64,000 bases of DNA from an uncultured Acidobacteriaceae bacterium (GCA_963790705.1 CAWBQE010000021.1:12806-76805); one strand, 5' to 3'. Positions 38,922-49,404 are shown, counted from the first letter of the stretch. Numbers and translations are program-made. The notes: generated by a model from the letters alone, not told the origin.

Positions 38922-41474
38922 ATGGTCTCTTCCACGATAAGTGACCTTTCCTATGCGTTGCGCCAGATGCGTCTCGCCCCGGTGATGACGATCACGATCG
39001 TACTCACCCTGGGACTTGGAATCGGCGCCACCACCGCTATCTTTTCCTTGATCCATGCGGTGATGTTGCAGTCATTGCCGGTCTCGGATCCTGAGGGCCT
39101 GTTTCGCATCGGCACCGGCAAGACCTGCTGCTACTCGAACACTCCGCAAGGCGAATGGGGGATTTTCTCCTATGATTTCTATCAGCGCCTTCGCAGATCG
39201 ACGCCCCAGTTCGACCAGATAGCCGCTTTTCAGGCAGAGCCAAATATTCTTAGTGTTCGCTATGGCAATGACACTGCGCAGGCACGGGCGCTGCTGGGGG
39301 AGTACGTCAGCGGCAACTACTTTCAGACGTTGGGGATCAATCCGTTTGCGGGGCGCATGTTCACATTTGCAGATGATGTGAAGGGCGCTATGCCCGTCGC
39401 AGTCATGAGTTATCAAACCTGGCAGCAACACTATGGCAGCGATCCTTCGGTGGTCGGCGCGACATTCGCGATTGAAGGTTTCTCCTTTACCATCGTTGGG
39501 ATTGCGCCGCCGGGTTTTTATGGCGAAACGCTAAAGAGCACTCCTCCTGCTCTGTGGATTCCACTGCAGACTGAATACCTGACAGACGCCAACGCTTCCT
39601 TCAACCTTGTGCCGTCGAGCGCCTGGCTGCGACTCATCGGCCGCGTCCATCGCGGGACGCCGTTAGGGGCGGTTTCCTCGCAACTCACGGCGTTTCTGCA
39701 GCATTGGCTCATGAGCGACGCCGCCATGATGGCCGATAATCGGTCGGAGCTGGAAAGAGAGTTGCCGCGCCAGCGAATCGAGATTGCCTCGGCCGCAACC
39801 GGCATCGGCGCCATGCGGGACACTTACGGCAACAGTCTCGGTATCCTGTTCGCGATCTGCACACTGGTGCTTCTTATCGCCTGCGCGAATGTCGCCAACC
39901 TGCTGCTAGCGCGCGGGATGTCGCGGCGAGGGCAGATCGCCATCATGAGCGCCCTCGGAGCAACCCGGCGGCGCCTCTTCCGTCAAGCCCTCACCGAGAG
40001 CCTGCTGTTTGGATTATTGGGCGGGATAGTGGGAGTCGGCATCGCGTGGATCGGATCGCGGGTGGTGGTGACTCTGGCCTTCGGCGCCAGCAACGCGATC
40101 AGCAGGCACGTCGGCATTTCCTGGGCCATGCTCGGCTTTTGTATGTCGCTGGCGCTGGTGAGCGGCGTGGTGTTCGGCACGATCCCGGCGTGGTTGCTCG
40201 CGCGCGCCAACCCGGTCGAAACGGTGCGTGGGGTTAACCGGGGCACGCGAGACGGGTCGGCAAACATGCGCAACGTGCTTGTCGTGGCGCAGACAGCAGT
40301 ATCGATCGGCTTGCTCGCGGGGGCCAGTCTGCTGACAAGGAGCCTGCTAAATATTGAGCGGCAGGATTTCGGCTTTTCCACCGAAAACCGTATCAGCCTG
40401 ACGATGGAAGAGCCGCTGGCGGTCTACAGCTTCGATCATCTCGATGACCTTTATCGCAAGCTCAGGCAGGGGCTGGAGCGCCTGCCCGGAGTGCGCAGCG
40501 CGAGTGTCGCTCTCTACAGTCCCCTGACTCACCAGTTCAAGCAGACAATCGTAAAGCCCGGAGAGGGTATGCCGCGTGTCGATGGATCGCAGACGGCGCT
40601 GTGGAACCGTGTGAGCCCCGGATACTTCAAGACGATTGGCCAGCGTATCGTCGAGGGGCGAGACTTCACCGATGGAGACAACTCCACCACGCGCGGGGTA
40701 GCGATCGTCAACCAGGCATTTGTCCGCCGGTACTTTCCGGGCGAGGACGCGATGGGTAAGGTATTCGGGTTTGCCAACCCCGCGAACAGTACAAGTCTCC
40801 AGATCATCGCAGTGGTGCAGGACGCCAAGTACGCCGATCCTGACCAGCCGGCAGGTCCCATGGTTTTCGGTACTCTCGCCCAGCGCATCCGCTACACAGA
40901 TCCGGCGATGCAGGATGATGAGAAGTGGAGTCACTTCATCACAGGCGCACAGGTCTGGAGCGCCGGTGATGCGGGCCAGATGGAGGCTCCTATCCGCGAA
41001 GTGTTCAAGCAGGTCGACCCGAATTTTGCCATCACCAGTATTCAGCCAATGCGGCAGCAGGTGGCTGTCAACTTCGACCAGCAACGCCTTCTCGCGCGAT
41101 TGAGCGGATTATTCGGTAGCCTGGCGTTGCTGCTCACAGCCATAGGCCTCTACGGCGTAACTGCATACAACGTCGCAAGACGGAGGAACGAGATTGGCAT
41201 TCGCATGGCCATCGGCGCCAATCGCCTGCAAATCGCGCTTTACTTTCTGCGCGGCGCCTGCGCGCAGGTCCTTCTTGGTCTGCTCCTGGGACTCCCGATC
41301 GCCGTCCTCATCGGCAAGCTAGTGAGCGCCAGGCTATACAAGGTCGGGACGATCGACCCCATATCCCTGGGAGTGCCTGCGGCGGCGTTGCTGCTATCCG
41401 CCCTGGTAGCGAGTGGTCTGCCGGCGCGGCGCGCGGCTTCCGTCGAGCCGCTGGAAGCATTACGAACGGATTAA
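38922..41474 (+). CDS. ADOP-type duplicated FtsX/MacB-like permease (no adjacent ATPase)
   Basis: LSYALRQMRLAPVMTITIVLTLGLGIGATTAIFSLIHAVMLQSLPV, with two MacB_PCD plus FtsX halves in 850 aa. Confidence 0.85.
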   Translation: MVSSTISDLSYALRQMRLAPVMTITIVLTLGLGIGATTAIFSLIHAVMLQSLPVSDPEGLFRIGTGKTCCYSNTPQGEWGIFSYDFYQRLRRSTPQFDQIAAFQAEPNILSVRYGNDTAQARALLGEYVSGNYFQTLGINPFAGRMFTFADDVKGAMPVAVMSYQTWQQHYGSDPSVVGATFAIEGFSFTIVGIAPPGFYGETLKSTPPALWIPLQTEYLTDANASFNLVPSSAWLRLIGRVHRGTPLGAVSSQLTAFLQHWLMSDAAMMADNRSELERELPRQRIEIASAATGIGAMRDTYGNSLGILFAICTLVLLIACANVANLLLARGMSRRGQIAIMSALGATRRRLFRQALTESLLFGLLGGIVGVGIAWIGSRVVVTLAFGASNAISRHVGISWAMLGFCMSLALVSGVVFGTIPAWLLARANPVETVRGVNRGTRDGSANMRNVLVVAQTAVSIGLLAGASLLTRSLLNIERQDFGFSTENRISLTMEEPLAVYSFDHLDDLYRKLRQGLERLPGVRSASVALYSPLTHQFKQTIVKPGEGMPRVDGSQTALWNRVSPGYFKTIGQRIVEGRDFTDGDNSTTRGVAIVNQAFVRRYFPGEDAMGKVFGFANPANSTSLQIIAVVQDAKYADPDQPAGPMVFGTLAQRIRYTDPAMQDDEKWSHFITGAQVWSAGDAGQMEAPIREVFKQVDPNFAITSIQPMRQQVAVNFDQQRLLARLSGLFGSLALLLTAIGLYGVTAYNVARRRNEIGIRMAIGANRLQIALYFLRGACAQVLLGLLLGLPIAVLIGKLVSARLYKVGTIDPISLGVPAAALLLSALVASGLPARRAASVEPLEALRTD

Positions 41475-41514
41475 GTCGAATGGAAAGTTCCTAACCAGAT
41501 AATTTGGAGGCAAT

Positions 41515-42771
41515 TTGAAGCTGCAAATGAAATCACGCCTTGGCCTGATGATGTTTCTGGAGTACTTCGTTTGGGGCTCCTGGTACGTCACTATCAGCAC
41601 GTGGCTCTCCTCCTCATTGCACTTCACGGGAGAGCAGGTGGGAATCGTTGGCGGCGCGACGGGGGTAGGGGCGATCGTGGCGCCCTTTTTTGTCGGCCTG
41701 GTCGCGGATAGATATGCAGCGACTGAGAAGATCCTCGGCTGCTTACACCTGGCCGGTGCGGTATTGCTGTTAGCCGCCTCGCGCCAGACCGGTTTTCCCG
41801 CGCTGTACACCATTATGCTTTTGTATTGTCTCTGCTTCATGCCGACGATCGCGCTGACCAACTCGCTTTCATTTCGCCAGATGCAGGATCCGAAGCAGGA
41901 GTTCGGGCCGATCCGCGTGCTGGGCACCGCGGGCTGGATCGTTGCCGGGCTCTTCATTGGCTCGCTCGGCCTGGAAGCAACGCATCACCCAGTCGAAATA
42001 GCGGCCGCCTGTTCGGTCCTGATGGGTCTTTACTGCTTTACGCTCCCCCACACTCCGCCGCTGGCCCGGGGGGAGAAGTTTTCCATCGGCAGGCTCTTCC
42101 CCAGGGAAGCGCTCACGCTGCTGAAAGAGCGTTCGATGGCCGTCTTTGCGATCGCATCGCTCCTCATATGCATTCCGCTGCAGTTCTACTATGCCTTTAC
42201 CAACCTCTATCTCAACCAGAGCGGAGTGCGTGACGCAGCCGGCAAGATGACCGGCGGCCAGATTTCCGAACTTTTTTGTATGCTGCTGATCCCCTGGTTC
42301 TTTCGTCGCCTGGGCGCCAAGTACATGCTGGTTACCGGCATGTTTGCGTGGGCCGCGCGATACGCGTTGTTCGCCTACGGAAACGCTGGTCCCAGGGTCT
42401 GGATGCTGTGGCTCGGAATACTGGTGCATGGAGTCTGCTTCGACTTTTTCTTCGTCACCGGGCAGATCTATATCGACCGTAAGGCGTCGCCTGACCTGCG
42501 CGCGGCGGCCCAGGGATTGATGTCGCTCATCACCTACGGCCTCGGTATGTTCGTCGGCTCATGGGTTTCGGGCGCGGTGGTCGAGCATTATGGCCATGTT
42601 GCGAAGGATGGCGCCCTCCTTTACGATTGGCGCCCAATCTGGATATGGGCCGGCGCTCTGTCGGCAGTCGTGCTGCTGGGCTTTCTCTTCACCTTCTCCG
42701 ACAAGGAAGGCGCAACTGAGCCGATCGTCAGACCAGCTGCCGAGGAAGAGCTACCCGGCGCGCTGATCTAA
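41515..42771 (+). CDS. MFS transporter of the nucleoside:H+ symporter-like type
   Basis: MFLEYFVWGSWYVTISTWL resembles the Nuc_H_symport N-terminal signature. There are about 12 TM segments. The start is TTG at 41515 or ATG at 41527. Confidence 0.65.
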   Translation: MKLQMKSRLGLMMFLEYFVWGSWYVTISTWLSSSLHFTGEQVGIVGGATGVGAIVAPFFVGLVADRYAATEKILGCLHLAGAVLLLAASRQTGFPALYTIMLLYCLCFMPTIALTNSLSFRQMQDPKQEFGPIRVLGTAGWIVAGLFIGSLGLEATHHPVEIAAACSVLMGLYCFTLPHTPPLARGEKFSIGRLFPREALTLLKERSMAVFAIASLLICIPLQFYYAFTNLYLNQSGVRDAAGKMTGGQISELFCMLLIPWFFRRLGAKYMLVTGMFAWAARYALFAYGNAGPRVWMLWLGILVHGVCFDFFFVTGQIYIDRKASPDLRAAAQGLMSLITYGLGMFVGSWVSGAVVEHYGHVAKDGALLYDWRPIWIWAGALSAVVLLGFLFTFSDKEGATEPIVRPAAEEELPGALI

Positions 42772-42824
42772 CCTCTGTGCCCGTAACAAATGAAGGGTGC
42801 CCCATATCTGCAGTAGAGATCGGG

Positions 42825-44516
42825 TTAGTAGAGCATGAAGGACCAGATCCTGTCGCCAGTCGCGCAGATAACATACTGATGTCCGTCCAGCATGTATGTC
42901 TGCGGCGGATTAGAAACCAGCCCGATGCGAGTGTTCCATAGAATGTCTCCGCTGGCTGCGTCATGCGCCACCAAGCTCTCGGCACCGTCCCCTGCAAAGA
43001 CCAAGCCGCCGGCGGTCGCAAGCACGCCCCCACCGCCGCCGCCGCCGTTATAGTAGCGGTGCCTCCAAACGGCTTTGCCGGTCTTATAACTAATCGCCGT
43101 CAGGTAGCTCCCTGCCGAGCCAACTTGTGTTTCTTCCCTTCCGCCCAAGCCCATTGAGCCGCGCGGGTCCGTTTCTGTCAGATAGTAAATCGCATACGTA
43201 TCATTCTCGGGTACATATAGGAGCCCGGTTTGCGGTGAGAAAGCGGGGGGTTCCCAGTTCACGGTTCCAGATGAATTCGGTGATACGAGAGAACCGGCGA
43301 TCGAAGCATCTTTCGATGGATCGCGCCGGGGACCACCCGCAGGGTTCGAGCCGTTAGCCCAATTGGTCGTCAGCCCGTATCTGCTGGTGAGCAGATGCTC
43401 TCCGGTCACTCGATCCAAAACGAAGAAGTAGCCGTTGCGCGCCGCGGTCACGACCATCTTCCGCTTCTTGCCGTTAAACTCGCCATCCACCAGAACCGGA
43501 GTTTGCGCTGAATCGTAATCATGCATGTCGTGTGGTGAGGTCTGGAAATACCACGCCATCTTGCCGGTGTCTACGTTCACAGCGAGCAGCGAGCAGGTGA
43601 AGAGATTGTCTTTGTCGCCCCGGGTGCCGGTGGTAAAAGCAGGCGTCGGATTGCCGGTACCGAAAATATAGAGCCTGGTCTCGGGATCGTAAGCTCCCGT
43701 GATCCACGGTTGCGCACCGCCATGCCGCGCCGCGTCCAGACTCGCCCAGGTGTCCTCGCCCGGGTCGCCTTTCTGCATCGGGACCGTATAGTGTTTCCAC
43801 TGCAGTTCGCCTGTCTCAGGATCGAAGGATTGCAGGAAGCCCGGCGAATCGATGTCGTTGCCCACACCCACCAGGACATGATTTTCGATCACGATGGGAG
43901 CCGGGGTTGAGAAATAGCCCTCATCCACGAGTGCGATGAGCTTGTGCCAGCGTTCCTTGCCGGTCCTGGCATCCAGCGAAACCAGGTAATCGTCCGGGGT
44001 CTCCATGTAGAGATAGTTATTCCACATGCCGACACCGCGATTCCCGATGTGCGTTCCGCCTTTCGTCTTCCAGAAGTAATGCCATCGTACGTGCCCATCG
44101 CGAGCGTCTACTGCCCAGGCATTGTCCGGCATCGTGAGATAGAGAGTGCCATCCACCTCGAGCATCGAACACTTGATAGAGCCACCCTCGATCGAGATAT
44201 TCCCCGGACCTTCGCCGCCGACGATCAGATCCGGAGTCTCAAGGCTATTGCCCTTTCGCTCTTCACTGGCGGGCTCTGGATTATCAGTACCCTCAGTCAC
44301 TTGCGAGGTCCACGCGAGGGTCAATTGCTTGACGTTCGCACGGTTCACCTGGGTGAGCGCGCTGAAACGCTTTCCGGTGTAGTCGCCGTTGTAGGTCGGC
44401 CAGGAGTCCTTAAGTGGCTTGAGCAGATCCTCAGGCGTGACCCCGCTGACCTGTGCCATGGAAGGCATTGAAGCAAGCAGAAGCGAGGCGGGAAGTAGGA
44501 TTTTGGGGAAGATCAT
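42825..44516 (-). CDS. PQQ-dependent-dehydrogenase-like beta-propeller (quinoprotein), copy 3
   Basis: Signal MIFPKILLPASLLLASMPSMAQ. Motifs are WPTYNGDYTGKRFSAL, GNRGVGMW, FGTGNPTP, YFQTSPHDMHDYDSAQTPVLVD, AARNGYFFVLDR and YMLDGHQYVICATGDRIWSFMLY. ATGA overlap at 44513-44516. Confidence 0.85.
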   Translation of the reverse strand: MIFPKILLPASLLLASMPSMAQVSGVTPEDLLKPLKDSWPTYNGDYTGKRFSALTQVNRANVKQLTLAWTSQVTEGTDNPEPASEERKGNSLETPDLIVGGEGPGNISIEGGSIKCSMLEVDGTLYLTMPDNAWAVDARDGHVRWHYFWKTKGGTHIGNRGVGMWNNYLYMETPDDYLVSLDARTGKERWHKLIALVDEGYFSTPAPIVIENHVLVGVGNDIDSPGFLQSFDPETGELQWKHYTVPMQKGDPGEDTWASLDAARHGGAQPWITGAYDPETRLYIFGTGNPTPAFTTGTRGDKDNLFTCSLLAVNVDTGKMAWYFQTSPHDMHDYDSAQTPVLVDGEFNGKKRKMVVTAARNGYFFVLDRVTGEHLLTSRYGLTTNWANGSNPAGGPRRDPSKDASIAGSLVSPNSSGTVNWEPPAFSPQTGLLYVPENDTYAIYYLTETDPRGSMGLGGREETQVGSAGSYLTAISYKTGKAVWRHRYYNGGGGGGGVLATAGGLVFAGDGAESLVAHDAASGDILWNTRIGLVSNPPQTYMLDGHQYVICATGDRIWSFMLY

Positions 44517-45374
44517 TTCAAGGTCACCAGGTAGGCAGTCACATCGTGGATGTCTTTATCCGTATATTTCGGAAGCAGGTCCTTATGAGCCTTCAGCGGG
44601 TCCTGGATCACGACCTTGGGCGAGCCGTCTTTCCGCGTGAACGTGCGGAATGCGCCATCGCTTAATTTCAAGGTGACAAGGAAATCGTCGATGCGAACCA
44701 ATTGCCCTTGCAGGCTTTCACCGGAAGGCAGAGTCACCGTAACCGTGGCAGCCGTCTTGTCGTTCTTCTGACCTTTTGCCCCGCCCATCACCCACAGGTT
44801 TTGCAAGCGCTTTCGGGCTGGTGACCCTGGACGCGATCCCGCGCAGGTCACCTTCCGGGGAGTGGCAGCCTGCACAGGTCCTGGCAAAATATGCGGCACC
44901 GTCGCTCGCATTGCCGACCACGATATTGACAGGTTGTTGCTCACTCGGGGGAACTCCTGCTCGTCCTATCGTAGCCACTACACTGCGCACATACGCGGCC
45001 ACGGCCTTTGCGTCCTCGGGGCTCAGTGGAATTCTAGGCATTCCCATAGATTGGCGCGCGCCTTGAATAATGGGAACAATCGATTCGCCATCGACGTCGG
45101 TTAACGCAACCTGGGAGCGCAACAAATTTGGACCGCCCATGTCGCCGCCCCGCAGATCGGGTCCGTGACAACCCTGGCAGCTAACGGCGTAAAGTGCTTT
45201 TCCGTGGGCCACGACCGCAGGATCGATGGGTGGCCGCTGCTGTCCAGGAACGAATCCCCCGACAGGCTCTTGCGGACCCTCTCCCGCAGCGGGCGTTTGA
45301 CCCCAACACCAGTACACAGAACAGATCATCGCCGCCAAAAACGTCGCAGCGAACAAACGATACGTGACGCGCAT
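44513..45374 (-). pseudogene. Dihaem c-type cytochrome, copy 3, split by one frameshift near 44801-44810
   Basis: ORF 44718..45374 carries the signal peptide plus CQGCH and CAGCH, up to ...RVTSPKAL. ORF 44513..44944 in another frame continues QNLWVMGG...ATVTVTLPSGESLQG...DKDIHDVTAYLVTLK. Removing one base (ctt-g-caa) restores colinearity with copy 1. Confidence 0.8.
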
Positions 45375-45484
45375 CTCTCTCCCTTGTCACAACACTTGCT
45401 TTAATATGACTCCAACTGTTCCCGATCGTTATTCGGGAAGCACTGGATCAACCGTACAACGTCGAGAGACCAGAACGGAAGGAA

Positions 45485-46339
45485 ATGATGGTGAGAGAAA
45501 CAGAACCGATGGAGATCGGCCTGATGTTCTGGGCAACCCAGGACGCCCAAACGGCGCTTCGAACCGTCCACGAACTTGGTCTTCATGTTGGACAACTTGG
45601 CGTGCCTCCGGAACTGGATTGCGACCGGGCCCTGAACGCGTGGAAGAATGGCCTGAAGGAATTCCAGGTAGTAATCACCAGTGCTGTTTGCTCCTACATG
45701 GGCGAACAATATACAGACTTCGAAACTGTTCATAGGACTGTGGGCTTCACGACGGAAGGATTAAGAGCCGAGCGGATTGCAAGAACGAAACGCGTATCCG
45801 ACTTCGCTCATGATCTGGGTATTCCAGGGGTGTCCTGCCACATAGGCTTCATTCCGAGTGATCGGGGCGAGATTCTTTACAAGGATCTCCGCGACCTGAC
45901 CAGATCGCTCTGTGACCATTGCGGGAAAAATGATCAGAACTTCGTGCTCGAGACAGGCCAGGAATCTGCTGCAGTCTTGCTCTCGTTTATCGCGGACGTA
46001 GACAGAAAGAATCTTAAGGTTAACTTCGATCCGGCGAACATGATCATGTATCAGTCGGGCGATCCGCTGAGTGCCCTCAAGGTGTTAAGCCCTCATGTGA
46101 TCTCGGTTCACTGCAAGGACGCACATTTCCCCGCTAAGGGCAGCGGTCTTCTCGGCTCTGAATGTGTGCTCGGCGATGGAGAGGTCAATCTTCCCGCTTT
46201 TCTGAAAGAACTAAGGGAGCTCGGTTATAAGGGTGCGCTCAGCATTGAACGTGAAGAGCCGGATGAAGTAAAGAGACTCGCGGATATCAAGACCGGGATC
46301 TCTCGCTTGAAAAAGTGGAAGGTTGACCTTGGACTTTGA
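45485..46339 (+). CDS. Xylose-isomerase-like TIM-barrel protein ('sugar phosphate isomerase/epimerase')
   Basis: VSCHIGFIP..NFVLETGQES..KVNFDPANMIMYQSGDP..VISVHCKD..GDGEVNLPAFLKELRELGYKGALSIERE. Confidence 0.8.
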   Translation: MMVRETEPMEIGLMFWATQDAQTALRTVHELGLHVGQLGVPPELDCDRALNAWKNGLKEFQVVITSAVCSYMGEQYTDFETVHRTVGFTTEGLRAERIARTKRVSDFAHDLGIPGVSCHIGFIPSDRGEILYKDLRDLTRSLCDHCGKNDQNFVLETGQESAAVLLSFIADVDRKNLKVNFDPANMIMYQSGDPLSALKVLSPHVISVHCKDAHFPAKGSGLLGSECVLGDGEVNLPAFLKELRELGYKGALSIEREEPDEVKRLADIKTGISRLKKWKVDLGL

Positions 46340-46501
46340 CGCCAGTGTTTGACGTGATCGCTGCGTTGTCGGGAACAAATGGCGAGAAAGCGGTCAAGGC
46401 GAACCTCCAGTCCCGCAGGGGTCTGCCTCCGTCCTGACGGGGTTCTCACAGTTCAGAGAGATTTTTCGTAGACTGTAAAATTTTGGACTGGAGTTCATTT
46501 C

Positions 46502-48041
46502 GTGCAAAGAAGAACTTTTCTTAAGAGCGCATCCGCTGCCACCCTCGGCGCTTCACTCTGCTCGATACAGCTCCGCCGGCACTTTTGCGGATGCCCAGCA
46601 ACCACGCATTGCCTACGGCGGCATCGGGATCGAATGCAGTACCTATGGCCGCATCCGCGCCCGCATGGAAGACTTCACCATTCTCAGAGACAAGGAGCTC
46701 ACGGATTCCAAGCGCTTCGCATTCCTGAAGCAATATCCCGTGCCGTTCCTGCCGACCGTAGTCGCACAAGCTGTGCCTGGAGGCCCAGTCGAGAAGGCTA
46801 CCTACGACGCAATCAAGGCAGACTTTTTGCATCGACTCCAGTCGCTGCTTCCTCTGGACGGTCTATTTCTTCCCATGCATGGCGCCATGTTTGTGGATGG
46901 CATGCAGGACGCAGAGGGCGATTGGATGGAGTCGGCGCGCAAGGTGGTGGGCGCAAACTGTCTCATGTCTGCTTCCTACGATCTTCACGGCAATGTGAGC
47001 CAGCGGGTGATCGATAACATCGACGCGTTTTCCGCCTTTCGCACGGCACCGCATATCGATTACGAACAGACCATGCAGCGTGCCTGCAATATGCTTCTTC
47101 ACTGTATCGATCAGAAGATTCGCCCCACCCTGGTATGGGCTCCCATACCCGTGCTGATGCCGGGTGAACGCAGCAGCACGCTGTGGCAGCCAGGGAAACG
47201 GCTTTGGGCACAATTGCCGAAGTTGAACGAGGAGCCGGGCATTCTGGACGTTTCCTTGCTTGTCGGCTATGTGTGGGCCGATGAACCGCGCTCGAGTGCA
47301 GCGGCGGTGGTGACGGGCACTGCTCCAGCCACAGAAAAGAAGATCGCTGTCGACCTGGCACAACAGTACTGGGACGCGCGCAAGGAGTTTCAGTTCGGCA
47401 CCGAGACCGGGACCATCGACGAGTGCATTCAACGCGCGATGAAAGCAACCACCCAACCGGCGATTCTGGCTGATTCGGGAGACAATCCTACCGCAGGCGG
47501 CGCCGGCGATCGCGCTGAAGTGCTGGAGCGGCTGCTCTACTACAAGGCGAAAAATGTTGTCTTCGCTGGAATCACCGACAGACCGGCTACGGATGCGTGC
47601 TACAAGGCTGGAGTAGGCGCCACCATCCCACTCTCCATAGGCGCAACACTCGATCCGCTGGGCAGTAAGCCAGTCAAAGCGACGGCCAAAGTAATTTTTC
47701 TGCTGCCGGCGGAGACGCCTCGCTTGCGCGAGGCAGTGGTGCAGATTGAAGGGATCACGCTTGTTCTCTCCGCTCAGCGGCGACCGTACCACGACATTGT
47801 CGACTTCACGCGGCTGGGCCTGCAGCCAACCTCGTACAAAATCATCGTGGTGAAATCGGGCTATCTTTCTCCTGAACTGTCGCCCCTGGCCAATCCCAGT
47901 CTCATGGCTCTTTCTCAAGGAGCGGTCGATCAGGACATCATCCATCTACCGCAGAACAAATTCCGCAAACCGTCTTATCCCTTTGTCGATGATCTAACTT
48001 TCACTCCGCAGGCAATTACCTCGGCGCGGGCGCCGGCTTAG
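46502..48041 (+). pseudogene. M81 family metallopeptidase (MlrC-like) with a Tat signal. An apparent frameshift lies near 46545-46565.
   Basis: ORF 46502.. begins MQRRTFLKSASAATLGASL and then becomes nonsense. The frame of ORF 46665..48041, read upstream, gives ..AQQPRIAYGGIGIECSTYGRIRARMEDFTIL (conserved MlrC N-terminus). It continues to ILADSGDNPTAGGAGD and the MlrC_C-like tail. Confidence 0.75.
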
Positions 48042-48044
48042 CTT

Positions 48045-48830
48045 ATGCCTGCCACGAAGGATCCAAAGTTGCTCTACGGCGTTCAGATTGCGGGTGTGGG
48101 CCAGGAAGGTGTGCGGGATCTTCCCCGGCTTCTGCGCTCGCTGCAGCACATCGGCTTCACCGAGGTGGAGCTGCATTCGATGGTCTACGATCACCCGGCG
48201 GCGACGCTGCGCCGGATGATCGAGGATGCCGGCCTCCGCTCCCCTGCCGGGCACTTTTCTTTACTCGACATAGAAAAAAGCATCGACTTCGCCCGGGAAC
48301 TTGGCCTTGCCTACATGGTCGCCATGCTGCCCCGGCCCAGGCCTGAGAGCCTCCACCAGTACCGCGCTATCGCGGCCCGCTTAAACGAGGCAGGCGCCAG
48401 CGTCCGTAGCCACGGTATGGAGTTTGCTTTGCTCTTCCACAACCACGAATTGATGCCGCAGCAGGGGAGCTCCGGTTTTGCGGAGCTGATGGAGCACACC
48501 GACGCCGCGCTGGTTCATCTCGAGGTGGATGTCTACTGGATCGCGCAGGCAGGGCTGGACCCAGCCTCCTTCCTCGGAAGATACAAGGAGCGGGTAAAGC
48601 TTCTTCACCTCAAGGACCGCCTTGCAGGCTTCCCCACCAGCTATACGACCGACGCCGGCTCCGATCATTCGATTGAATTGGGCAAAGGAACGATCCCTTG
48701 GCCCGCATTGTTGAGGCAAGCCCGGGAGCAGGGCATCCGTTACGCCTTTCTGGACTATGACAAGTCGGCCAGTCCGATCCTCGACAGTTTTGGCCAGAGC
48801 CTGGCGTATCTGGATACGCTCAAACCCTGA
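48045..48830 (+). CDS. Xylose-isomerase-like TIM-barrel protein ('sugar phosphate isomerase/epimerase')
   Basis: IGFTEVELHS..EFALLFHNHE..HLEVDVYWIAQAGLDP..LLHLKD..GKGTIPWPALLRQAREQG. The start is 4 nt after the M81 stop. Confidence 0.75.
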   Translation: MPATKDPKLLYGVQIAGVGQEGVRDLPRLLRSLQHIGFTEVELHSMVYDHPAATLRRMIEDAGLRSPAGHFSLLDIEKSIDFARELGLAYMVAMLPRPRPESLHQYRAIAARLNEAGASVRSHGMEFALLFHNHELMPQQGSSGFAELMEHTDAALVHLEVDVYWIAQAGLDPASFLGRYKERVKLLHLKDRLAGFPTSYTTDAGSDHSIELGKGTIPWPALLRQAREQGIRYAFLDYDKSASPILDSFGQSLAYLDTLKP

Positions 48831-49404
48831 CTTGGGGACGCCTCCTCCGCGTCCAAGGGCCGGAACGGGATGTTTTTTTTGAAAAACAATGACCCTCTTG
48901 ACAATTCTGCTTGCAATTGGGGTCTGTGCGTGCATATAGTACGGTCACTAAAGTAAATCAGCCGGTCCGCTGAAGAGCAGCCAAAGTTGCCTGCAAGCCG
49001 GGTCCGGTAGACACTGTTTGGTTTTTGGAGGCGAGTATGATGCGAATTACCTTATGGGGCGTAGCCCTCGTAATGGCCCTTGGGCCCCCTGTCCGTTAGC
49101 CAGTCCGCGTGGGGTCTAGAGATCACCGCGGCGATTTCGGCGCGGTTAAAGATGCGGCGGGAGCGGTGCTGAATGGTGCGACACCCATTCTTCTTTTGTA
49201 ATTGACTGGCATTTAACCACTCACTAAGATCAGGGTACTTCAGCAAAATTAGGGTCCTTCAGCCAGTCCTGGTACGAAGTTTTTCGAAGTAACCGGCCAT
49301 CTCTAAATCTCTTTCCTAAGACCTTGATCGCAGCGTTGCGTGTGCACGCATAAGTTCGCGCTACGGTCGGCTTTTCGTACTACCTGAATCACTACATAGA
49401 GGAG

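Noticed and set aside
48838-48880. Intrinsic terminator after the 48045..48830 gene (ggacgc-ctcctcc-gcgtcc ... T8)
   Set aside because: The T-run lies about 17 nt from the hairpin, and the intervening sequence does not fold convincingly. It is possibly functional but is not a clean terminator call.
48955-49025. SRP (4.5S) RNA-like string GGUCCGCUGAAGAGCAGCCAAAG
   Set aside because: Only about 8 of 14 positions match the conserved GGUCCGGAAGGAAGCAGCC domain IV core. There is no GNRA tetraloop in the right place and no long pairing of flanks.
49052-49246. 64-aa minus-strand ORF in the intergenic region before the TonB receptor pseudogene
   Set aside because: It has no motifs, no RBS and no family resemblance. 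It may be debris of a decayed gene, but this cannot be supported.
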